Assembly: GCA_032718475.1 (NCBI GenBank)
Contig: JAUCBJ010003178.1
Span: 1-45,910 of the forward strand
DNA: 45,910 nucleotides
Source of the DNA: Nemertoderma westbladi
Lineage: Eukaryota; Animalia; Xenacoelomorpha
Direction: 5' to 3'
Positions 1 through 9,774 of this stretch are shown here, in pieces. Below the pieces are notes generated by a model, which ran no database searches, was not told the origin of the DNA, and was given only the letters and a program-made list of their open reading frames with translations. Numbering within the stretch: the first letter of the stretch is position 1; the number at the start of each line of letters is the position of its first letter. Made by a program: the position numbers and the translations under genes.

Positions 1-715
1 CGAATGAATACATTTATAGCATGGGATATGGGGTCCAAACTAGACATGCCCCATTTGCTCTATATGAACCGTATGCCAAGGCTTGCCGACTACGTGCTGC
101 GCGAAGTCCCCACGAACGTGTATTATTTGGCTCTATTCACTATTCGTTGTTACAGTTTATCTGGTTGTGCATCATGGCCATTTTTTATACATATTCGGTA
201 ATCTTATATCTTGTTAACGTGCTTGATAATGAAATTATTTGCTTCATATTATATTTTTGTTAGTGGTAGCAAAGTTTCATTTTTATTATGTGGGGCGAGC
301 CACAAAGTCAGCTAGCTTCACACCGTTTGATTTGTTTAGTTTATTTGTTTAGTTTAGTCATATTATCTGCTGGTATGGGAACTTGAAAACTTTTAAAATT
401 ACCGGTTGGCCTTTTATACAGTACGAACACGCATGTTTGGGAAATGTGCCCTTTTTATACTCACCTTTTTTTGAGAAATATTCTCCTTATTTTTATATTC
501 ACCTATTCGTAAAAATGTCCTTTCCGACAAAGCAAATATTAAAGTTACGTTCAGACATTAGCAGCTAGAACAGTTGGATTCACCTTATCCCAGTGCCAAT
601 GGGCTTTAAAAGTACCCCACATATGTCGTATCGGGCTTCAGAACATGACTGGACATTTAATGTAGGTAAATAATACGTAATACAGTAGGCCCTAATAATG
701 AATTGTGAAAAAGAT

Positions 716-812
716 TATTATACGTGTACCGATAGGCCTACCCATTGCGAGAAAAGATTTACAGAGAAAAGTAATATGACTGATATGATCCGACATCGGA
801 AAACTGCACATC
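716..812 (+). pseudogene. Degenerate single C2H2 zinc finger
   Basis: YTCTD[RP]THCEKRFTEKSNM[TDM]IRHRKTAH. Removing a GGCCTA insertion (735-740) and a 9-nt duplication restores C-x4-C-x3-F-x5-M-x2-H-x4-H. Confidence 0.55.
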
Positions 813-1831
813 CCGACGACGTCAATGTCGACGAAAATGTCAATGTCGTGCTCTTTTTACCTTACATCTTTATTCCAAAATAAATAATAAATATAGTAGT
901 ACGTAATAAAAATCATTATTATTCTATCCATTATCCTGCCACAGCAACCTGCTCCTTTCCCTCACTTAATAATTATCATTGCTAATTCGCCGGGATGTGC
1001 TTTTAATTCACCAAGATAGGTTTTCGAAAATCCCCCCCCCCCCCCCCCCCCTCCATCATGCCTCCTGTGAAACATATTGACTCCTACTGTATATCTGTAC
1101 ACATTGATCAGTGCTTGTTGATTTAGTGTATTTAATACTGGCCAAGATTAGCAAGTAAATCACATAACAACCAATCAAACAGAACATCCCATAACAACTT
1201 AAAGCATTTATAAAACAGGCAATATCATTGGATGTTCACAAAATGATCGCTTGGGTTTTTACTCTCATGTGGCCTAGTCCAGTCTGCCAGTAGTCACTAG
1301 TCCGTAGTCAGTGATTTCTTATGGCAGTTGGGTATTCTCAGCGAGATTTCGCTGCTTTGTGAAACCAAATCTCGCTGCCTATTTCCTCACAATTGCAGCC
1401 AAATCGGGTTGCCTTTGAGATCTCCGAACATCAAAGGATGCCCGACTTGCTACTTGAGATCTGCTAGACATACCTGCTGGGATATGAGTGACATCTTTCT
1501 GAGTCTCAATTGCCTAACTACAAACTTCCCCAAGCCGTAGGTATCACGTACCTAATAGCAACAGACTCAGACTCCCAAATGGCCACTGGGCTTTAGTCAG
1601 ATTGATGAATAGGATGGCCGCATCTACCTACAGTAGGTCCAGAGGTCTATACCAGTATAGAGCTGTGATGTAACTCCTACATGTCTTACTACCAGCGAGG
1701 CTTTGTATTCACTTTCACAGGTTTCGTATATCAGTATAATCCTATTATATCGCTTAACAATCATGCATTAATATGCTAATATGCAGTATGCACTACTACT
1801 AGGATCGGCATGCTGCATTGCAGCTGCATTT

Positions 1832-2075
1832 TTAAGAATGCTGTGCCGGCTTGTCAACAAAATTGCACCGCCACAACTCCCTATCACCCATGACATTTGC
1901 TAGATCATCCGCATCTTTAAGGCCAGTGTCCTTTAAGATGCGTCTCAAGAAAGTCATGGGCTGTCCACCATGCTTATTCACTCCATGAGGCTGCCAAAGT
2001 ACAAGATTATGCACTGGCTGGTCCTCACGGCGAAAGCAATGTCCTGCAAAGCGGAGGCGATTTTGTTCTAGTGTC
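1832..2075 (-). pseudogene. 3' fragment of an RTE-like non-LTR retrotransposon ORF
   Basis: RLRFAGHCFRREDQPVHNLVLWQP..GGQPMTF..ILKDTG..MGDRELWR matches the RLRxxGHxxR...DRxxWR C-terminal signature of RTE-group LINEs. Confidence 0.75.
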
Positions 2076-2968
2076 AAGCTTGGGGGAACCAATGAGACAC
2101 CTCCAATGCAGTATGCACACTTCAGCACTTACAGTAGAGAATCAGAAATTGAATACATATCTGTATAAGTAAGTGAATAAGCGTGTATGTATAGATGTAC
2201 TGACTTCAGTTAGGGAGCACTACCCAGAATGGGGGTGGACGGACACCCTGAAAGGGGGTGGACAACTGTCGTCAACTGAGCAATTTTTGACTTGAATTTG
2301 TATGTAAAATTACAAAAATCAAGTACGAAAGTTTCGTGTTCGGTACGTTATATTGAAATTTATATCATTAGATAGAGCATATCGAAATACATATTTTGTA
2401 TGTACAAAAATAAATTTCTATGTATAGAAAAAGTTTTATTAGCAAATGAAGATGATCCACCCCGTTTCGCAGTGGACAGTCACTTTTTTAACAGCACACA
2501 AAAGCCAAGCGGCACTGCCTTTCAACTAGTCTGGAGAAGTGTGTAGTGGAGATAGAGATGCCTGATAATTGACAGATGCAGTTCTGGCAGAGAGCTCTCT
2601 TTATATTTAGGCTATTGAGGTATTGAGCTGTTTAATGGATTGGTTGTTGGAGACAATTAAATTGAACCAGTACACTGTTGCATTACATTACATAAAATAC
2701 ATTTTAAAATAAATTTTTGTTTGCCTCATATCTATAGTAGGTCATGTGTGTTGAATTATTAAAATAATATTATTTAATAAAAAAAAGAAATAATTTTTTA
2801 CTATGCTCAATTTTTTTTAGCAGAAGCGATGCAAAAAGGGATGCGCGTGCTAGGGGGGGTGGGGGGGGGGGGGGGGTGGTGTAAGTGAGATAATAAGGAT
2901 AGTTCTGGTATGGAAACGTGAAGCAGGACAGCGACAATATAATGGCGATTAGATTAGAATACTTCTAA

Positions 2969-3423
2969 AGGCCCGCCGCACACTAGAGCTGCAAGATGCA
3001 TCGTATTTTATTTTATATTGATAGCTTTTATGTTAATTATTTATTGAGTTTCTGACCATCCAAATATTTCACGAGAGCATTGTATACATCCAATAATTTT
3101 CAAGAGACCTGTGGCTGGCGTTATGGCAAAGTTGTTTGATCAACTGAGAGATGTTCCCGACCACAGATATTTGTGAATTATAATCGCATGTCCGCCCCTT
3201 GGTACATTTGTTGCTCTTTAGTCCCTAATTGATGGAAACATCCGAAAGTGTAGCACCAAGTTTAGAAAAGCGATTGGGATAAAGGTAAAACTGCTAGTCA
3301 CATTGCGGTGTAGTGTAATAATATTTGGCGGCAACACACACTAATATTACTTTGATTACTTTAATGTATATTTCAAAGAATTTATCATGCATGCATCTTG
3401 CTTCTCTAATGTGCGGCGGGCCT
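2969..3423 (+). mobile_element. PIF/Harbinger deletion derivative with transposase remnant
   Basis: 20-bp TIR AGGCCCGCCGCACACTAGAG / CTCTAATGTGCGGCGGGCCT (1 mismatch), flanked by TAA and TAG. Frameshifted peptide at ~3081-3309 (IHPI.., LFDQLRD, FVNYNRMS, STKFRKAIGIKVKLLVTLR) resembles the Harbinger transposase N-terminus. Confidence 0.75.
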
Positions 3424-5413
3424 TAGATAGCAAAAATACAGTAATAGTAAAGAAAATATTTTCTCCAGAAGTAATATCATTAATGGTAGTTAGAAATATT
3501 ACTGATAAATCCACTTGCTGTCAGTTTAATACATATTTAGTGACTTTTCCTCACAACTACTGTACTCGCAATCAGTATGATATTGGTTGCATATGGCAAT
3601 TACAAACTAACATTCGAATGGGTTTTATAGTATCATATTACAACCTATTTTTCCATAATTATTTCTATATTGTAATAAATAATATTTCAATTTTTAAATA
3701 ATAATGTGGCCCATTTAATGAATAAACTATTATTCGCTGCGCTGCTGTGTGTTGCCAATATAACAATAGGGCTGCCTATACACAAATTTAAGGTAGTGAG
3801 GTAAAAAACACTGTCCCACAAATGGCCCTCTTTTCAACACAAAGTGTTTGTCGGCATCGGCATCTGTGTCTGCACCTCTGTCGGCACTTGTATTGGCAGC
3901 TCTTAGCCTCTGTCGGGATCTGTGTAAGCACCTCTTTCGGTACCTGTGTCATCAGAACGACTACGCCCACCAGAACCACGCAGTAACTGCAACTGGCAAA
4001 GACTGCCCTGGCTATGTATCAATAAACAATAAGTGATAAGTACTGTACCTACCGTCAACTGGGTTTATATACAACAGTCAATAAGTCTGTCTACACTCTG
4101 CATGAATCTCAAGGGATACAGAATACTATATTTCAGCGTTTCTCTAAAATATTTAATATTGCAATCACTGTGTTCAAATATTCGCATCGCAACTATGCAT
4201 CAATCTGGCACACACGCATAAAAATATTTTTACAGAGGTTTTTTGCTATTCAGCCCAGCCAAGCAAGAAGCAACTTAAGCAAGGCCATCTACGAAAGGCA
4301 ATATGTGATTATATTGATGTAGATATATAAACCGCCACTAATAGAGACCAAAGGCCAACTAGTCCATGTCCAAGAATTAATTTAGGGAGCCAGCCCATCC
4401 TTCCTTCGTATACATACACTGATACAGTTATGGTACCAGTCACCAGTACTGTATAAGTTAAGGAAACCCCAGGCTCAGCCACAGGCCACAGAGCTGGAGG
4501 GCAGGAGGAGGCCTTTACATAGATTAATTACACTGTGGCTCTGGCACACAAACCCAACTACAGAACTATTGTATTATCCACAGGGCAAGCCCGAGTTAGC
4601 AAGAAGTCAATATTTGGTTATTAGTAATACCTACTTACTGGACACTGGGCAGTTGCTAGCTAGCCTGGCTTGGGCCTGTGCGTGTCTCTGCTGCTCTGTC
4701 TGTGCTACTGTGCATGCACCTCCCATCCCCCAGCCACCGCACCAGCCTGCCTAACTAAATGAATTCATAGACTTTCCTGTCACTCATCCCAGTTGTTGAG
4801 CTACCTCAAAGCCAGGCCGCCTTTACACTATTATTCCTACCTACGAAAACTACTGTGCAGCGAAATCTCGCTGTAAATTGTTTTTGTTGTGTTTATTCGA
4901 AAACGCAACATGCAAACAAAACGTCCAACATACAAATAACGTAGTTTTTTACAGGCTTTCTGATGGTGTAATTTTTGTACTGCAATAGTTTTTGTATCAT
5001 ATGCATATTTTTATTTTAAATTTTGAAAGGGATTTGTTAGTGATATTTTTAATTTGTGCAGCGAGATTTGGTTGCACGTGCAGCGAAATCTCGCTGAGAA
5101 TACCCAACTGTATGGCCTAGTATTGTTACTGTCTGACTGTAGTCAGGTCTGCAGGTAGCAGGGTAGTACCGGTAGCTACCGGTACCTACCTAAACCTACA
5201 GACAGACAGACTCACCGGCTGACCGGTAGCGCGTAGGGAGGTAGGCCGAATTTCTGAATTTATTTTGATATTTATCAGTCTGCCTCTGCAGTCAGTCAGT
5301 TTACTGGCTGACTGGTGTAGGCCTATGGTTTTACTTGGACAGTCTGACACTGACAGCAGTAGGCCTATAAGTACTGTAGTACGGTACCGGTAATTTAATT
5401 TATACAGTTTATA

Positions 5414-5542
5414 ATGGTGAAGGAAACAAAATATTACGATTTGCTAGGCGTCAGCCCCCATGCCTCAGATCATGAACTGAAAAAAGCTTATCGGAAAACA
5501 GCTCTACGTCTCCATCCAGACAAGGGGGGCGACCCTGAGAAG
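5414..5542 (+). CDS. DNAJA1: DnaJ class A (DNAJA1/4-like Hsp40) coding exon 1: J-domain N-terminal part
   Basis: Translates [43 protein letters not shown] with the HPD motif. Ends at AG|gtaagt (phase 0). A tatacag acceptor-like site at 5401-5407 suggests an upstream non-coding exon. The paralogue assignment (A1 vs A4) is uncertain. Confidence 0.93.
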
Positions 5543-5739
5543 GTAAGTCTGTAAGTTCAGAAGTTGCAATATTCTGATACCTATTGCAATTGCAAATAGG
5601 GCCTACCGAACAGCCGAACTGCCGAACACCGGTCAGCCGGTCTGTTCTGTCAGTCTGTCGGTTAGTCACAGTCGGTCTCGGTAGGCTGGTACCTGGTAGG
5701 GTTACCCTAACTATAGGCTGATAGGCCTACCAAACTCAA

Positions 5740-5910
5740 GTCTGGGAAATTAGCCCAATAGGCTGATAGGGAAATTCAGAAATTTATTTATTTCCCTATA
5801 GCCAGATAGCAGTATAGGGAAATTTGTGTTTCCCTATCTGCCTATAGCTGTAGGCTATAGCATACCGGTATAGGGAAATCGCAGTTTTCCCTATAGTAGG
5901 GAAATTATGC
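5740..5910. repeat. Cluster of TAGGGAAAT / TTTCCCTAT motifs in alternating orientation (probable MITE remnant)
   Basis: At least seven copies of the motif within ~170 bp. Termini are unclear. Confidence 0.5.
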
Positions 5911-6399
5911 AAATCTTGGTTTTTAATTCATTTTACGTGATTTTTATTTTTTTTAGACTAGGCCTATAAATTTCCTGGAATGCTGGTCACCTCGCTGCAC
6001 TGCCACTTCGCCGCAGGGCAGGTGTCTCACTGCAAATGCCATTTCGCCGCAAATTATTGGACACCCCGCCGCAAGTCAATATTAATAATTTATTTCTATA
6101 TTTCTATTTTATACCAGGACCAGCATTTTAATATTGTATTATAATCTTATATTAATAAACTAACAAGAGTCTAAGGTTATAGAACAGAATGGGACATAAT
6201 ATAACAAAACAATATTACAACAAACATTTTTTATATTACTGTATTATTCCCGTCAAGTGTTTGTATATAGCAGTATAGAGCCTGATAGCAGTACCGGTAT
6301 AGTGTACAAGAATGTAAATGTACGTGTACACACACTGGTACACACTACACACACACAAAATCTAACTTCTAAGGTTGCTCCTCTTACTGTCTTACAGAA

Positions 6400-6735
6400 A
6401 CTGTCTAAATGTCTGTCTGTCGTTTTGTCTGTCTGTTTGTCGGTCAGTCGGTCAAAAAATAAACAAAATCATTTAACCTCACCAAAATATGCCTATGGGG
6501 GTTTTCCAGGTCGGCGAACTCATTTCTGATGTCAGTTTCTCAGTTTTTACTTTTGACAGCATCTTGACTGTCTGTTTCTTTGTATGTCTGTCAGTCAGTC
6601 TGTTTGTCTGTCTGTATGTATGTCGGTCAAACAACAAACAAGTATTATTATTATTGTATTTTTTAATTACCATTACACCATTACCATTACTATTACTATT
6701 TTTACTATTATTACTATTCTACTATAATTACTATT
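6400..6735. repeat. Degenerate (TCTG)n and (TTA/CTA)n simple repeats
   Basis: TGTCTGTCTGT tracts at 6409-6445 and 6568-6625; ATT/ACT triplet tract at 6642-6735. Confidence 0.7.
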
Positions 6736-6808
6736 AGGCCTAATTACCAGTATTTATTATTGAAAATTTAATTGAGTGGTTGCTGGGCCTTCAGACAGGA
6801 TGCTTGAA

Positions 6809-6912
6809 TAGTGCATGTCACATCCGCATCCGCATACCATGTGTGCGGATGCGGATGCGAAAAATCATGCGGATATCCGCGGATGCGGATGCGGACATTC
6901 GCCACATCCCTA
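6809..6912. mobile_element. Small hAT-like MITE remnant with (GCGGAT)n motifs
   Basis: Ends are TAGTGCATGT and ACATCCCTA, with inverted ATCCGC/GCGGAT arrays inside. No TSD found. Confidence 0.5.
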
Positions 6913-7700
6913 CTAGTTATGGTTATGGTATTGCTCCATTGTACATCAGTACAAGAAGAAATAAACTAATACGGTAAGGTTTGTTGTTTTATTATAATTA
7001 CTGTATTATTATAGATACAGTAAGAGTATTTGAGGAGTAGGCCTAACATATTAGATTATAGTAAAACAATCCTATTTGTATGTTTGTCAAAAATGTTGAT
7101 CTGTTGTTTAAAACAAGTGTGACGTCATGAAAGGATTCATTTAAAAAATTTATATTTAAAATTGTAATGTATACCTACAGTATATTTCACTAGTTCAAAT
7201 TTGGAATAAATCATTTCATTGCGAAATGTATCTATCTAATAACTATTTACCTACATGTACGTACAGTACAATGCATACACGTAGTTTTAGTAATGCAGTA
7301 ACTAGGCCTAAGTACGGAAACGGAAGTAAGGCAACAAAGGTTAATATACTCATACTGTATGTTTATGTTAGCCGGATCACAGTTCTTAATTACAAATTCC
7401 AAAAATTACAAATGTTCTTAGTGGAATGATAAGCGTATTGATATACCGTACTTATATTTGTTGTCAGTGTTTTAATGTTCATAACGTCACACTTGTTTTA
7501 AACAACTGATCAACAATTTTAACAAATATAGGCCTATATACGATTAGGACTGTTTTTACTATAATCTAATACGTTACTCAAATACTCTTGCTTTGCTTAC
7601 TGCTGTACTGTATCTATAATAATACAGTAATTTTAATAGAACAACAAACCTTACCTTATTATTTTATTTCTTCTTGTAATAATGTCCAATGCTATAACTA
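6913..7700. mobile_element. Foldback-like element with diverged inverted arms of at least 220 bp
   Basis: 6913-7135 (..ACAAGAAGAAATAAA..GGTAAGGTTTGTTG..AAAACAAGTGTGACGT..) is an inverted match to 7475-7700. Confidence 0.75.
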
Positions 7701-7922
7701 GGCTTAGTAGGCTTCCCTGTATATATAGCAATAAATGATTAATATGACTTGCGGCGTGGTGTCCGATAATTTGCGCCGAAATGGCATTCACAGTGAGACA
7801 CCTCGCCGCAAAGACACATCGCCGCACATTATCTGCGGCGAGGTGACCTACGGCGAAGTGGCAGTATGGCGAGGTGACCAGCACCCGAACAATACGGTAT
7901 ATATTTATAATATTCTGGCAAC

Positions 7923-8248
7923 TGCGAATATTCGTATAGTGGGGCGGGCCAGTACTGCAGTGGGCACTGGGCATGGCTGCATGGGCTGATATATATTTCA
8001 GTATCAGTATTTTAATAAGATACCGGTTATATATATTTTTTTATTTAAATAATAATGTTATTAGATTTTAGAAATTATTTAATCAGGGTGCGAATATTCT
8101 TATTGTGGGGCGGGGCAGTGCTGCAGTGGGCATGGCTGCATGGGCTGATCCTAATATATATTTCAGTATCAGTATTTTAATAAGATAGGCTAGCTGTTAT
8201 ATTTTTGTATTTAAATAATAATGTTAGATATTGGAAATTATTTAATCA
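7923..8248 (+). repeat. Diverged tandem duplication, two copies of ~165 bp
   Basis: 7923-8085 and 8089-8248 both run TGCGAATATTC..GTGGGGCGGG..GCATGGCTGCATGGGCTGAT..GAAATTATTTAATCA. Confidence 0.85.
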
Positions 8249-8611
8249 AACGCTCCCTCTTACTACAGTACAGTATATTGTATATACTATACACAATCCA
8301 CATAAAGTCCAAATTGTCGCAAATCTTCAGAATGCTGTTGGGGCAATTTCCTTTGTGCAGTTGTGTTGTGGGGATTAACAACAAATGGGATACCGGTACT
8401 GATAAGAGGTATTTTTTTTCAATTATTTTTGTCTACTGCAGGAATATGAGGGTACCGGTAACCAATTAATAGTAACTAATATTTCTGATTTATTAGACTA
8501 GGCCTATGTATATGTACCGTAATTACTTAGAAAAAATAAGATGTGTGAAATACCGAACTAAATTTTATTTTTTAAATTAAACTGACTGCCCTATATATTG
8601 TTTATTTGTAG

Positions 8612-8762
8612 TTTAAGGAGATTTCCCAGGCCTACGAAGTTCTATCGAACCCAGATAAACGTAAACTCTATGATCGCTCAGGCGAGGATGGAATTAAGGA
8701 GGGGGGTAGTGAAGGACACAGGGATCCTTTCGATATATTTAATATGTTCTTTGGTGGCCGAG
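8612..8762 (+). CDS. DNAJA1: DnaJA coding exon 2: end of J-domain and G/F-rich region
   Basis: tttgtag|[51 protein letters not shown]|gtgagt. Contains the DIF motif; 151 nt, phase 0 to 1. Confidence 0.93.
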
Positions 8763-9134
8763 GTGAGTTAAAGTAGAACTTCAGTGCATACCGGTACTGT
8801 ACCGGTACTATAAAAACAACCGAGTCTCCTAGACATCTTGATCGAGTAGATAACGACTCAGTATAATAATTTGAATAATATATTACAATTTGTTTGGTTT
8901 CGCATAACATTATTACCGGTATATTAATTAATTGTTTTAAAATCTATTAATTTTCGAGTAGACGCCATTATCCCTTCGTCCATTCGACTACCACCAGTCT
9001 CCCCCCAGTCACTTAATTATTTAAACTGTTCGGTCTGTCTGTCTGCACATATTGATATATATACCGTATACAATCAAAATATCGTAAAAAACTGAATTCG
9101 AATCAAACATTTTTAATATTATTTTATTTTTCAG

Positions 9135-9266
9135 GCCGAACTCAAGAATCTGATCGCCGCGGTAAAGACGTGATTCACCAATTATCCGCGTCGTTAGAGG
9201 AATTATACAACGGATCAACCCGGAAACTCGCTCTACAGAAGAACACAATATGTTCGAAATGTGAAG
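9135..9266 (+). CDS. DNAJA1: DnaJA coding exon 3: start of CTD-I and first CxxCxGxG
   Basis: ttttcag|[45 protein letters not shown]|gtcagg; 132 nt, phase 1 to 1. Confidence 0.93.
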
Positions 9267-9614
9267 GTCAGGCGTTGCAAAATTATAGGCGTCACAATAA
9301 AACAATAAATTCTAGTATTATATTGCTACACGTTGTCATTCACTGGCCTCCCTTCCCTACCAACCTATACACATAGCACTACTTTATAATGGGTTCATTC
9401 ATTTATTACGATATGATATCATTGGGAGAAAATAAAAAAGACAAAAATAAACATGAAACGGAAAAAAGAACGAAAGTTTAAAAAAACAATTCAAAAACCC
9501 AGTTCAATACGTGTACAACTGTTCCACGCCGTACATATATTTTGTTTATGTATAACCAAGTAGAACCAATTATAGCACATTATTATACCGATTTATTTTA
9601 TTCCATTTGTTTAG

Positions 9615-9774
9615 GCCGCGGAGGTAAGGCTGGTGCTGTGGAGAACTGCGGGAATTGTCGAGGTACTGGAATGCAGGTTCACGTCCAGCGGATCGGCCCC
9701 GGGATGATACAGCAGGTTCAGAGTGTTTGTTCCGAGTGTCGTGGACAAGGGGAACGGATCAATCCAAAAGATAG
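9615..9774 (+). CDS. DNAJA1: DnaJA coding exon 4: zinc-finger region
   Basis: tgtttag|[55 protein letters not shown]|gtaggt; 160 nt, phase 1 to 2. Its last 34 nt are the first satellite unit. Confidence 0.93.

Larger units (their letters stand above)
1325..5110. mobile_element. 3.8 kb DNA transposon derivative with perfect 31-bp TIRs and 5-bp TSD
   Basis: CAGTTGGGTATTCTCAGCGAGATTTCGCTGC (1325-1355) is the exact reverse complement of 5080-5110. TATGG is duplicated at 1320-1324 and 5111-5115. Subterminal AAATCTCGCTG-type repeats near 1367, 4863 and 5058. Confidence 0.88.
5977..7887. mobile_element. Long-TIR non-autonomous element in intron 1 (~100-bp arms with repeated TCGCCGCA motif)
   Basis: 5981-6085 (TGCTGGTCACCTCGC...CGCCGCAAGTCA) is an inverted match to 7741-7883. 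No TSD recognisable and superfamily not determined. Confidence 0.7.

Noticed and set aside
1-1320. DnaJA promoter, heat-shock elements and non-coding first exon
   Set aside because: There are CCAAT-like words near 1171 and 1227 but no convincing nGAAn array, so the TSS cannot be placed from sequence alone.
1032-2876. Poly-C (1032-1051) and poly-G (~2853-2876) runs, also poly-G at ~44879-44892
   Set aside because: These are ordinary homopolymers whose lengths are unreliable in assemblies.
3845-3960. Periodic GC-richer stretch with short ORFs on both strands
   Set aside because: It is a degenerate short-period repeat with no identifiable protein.
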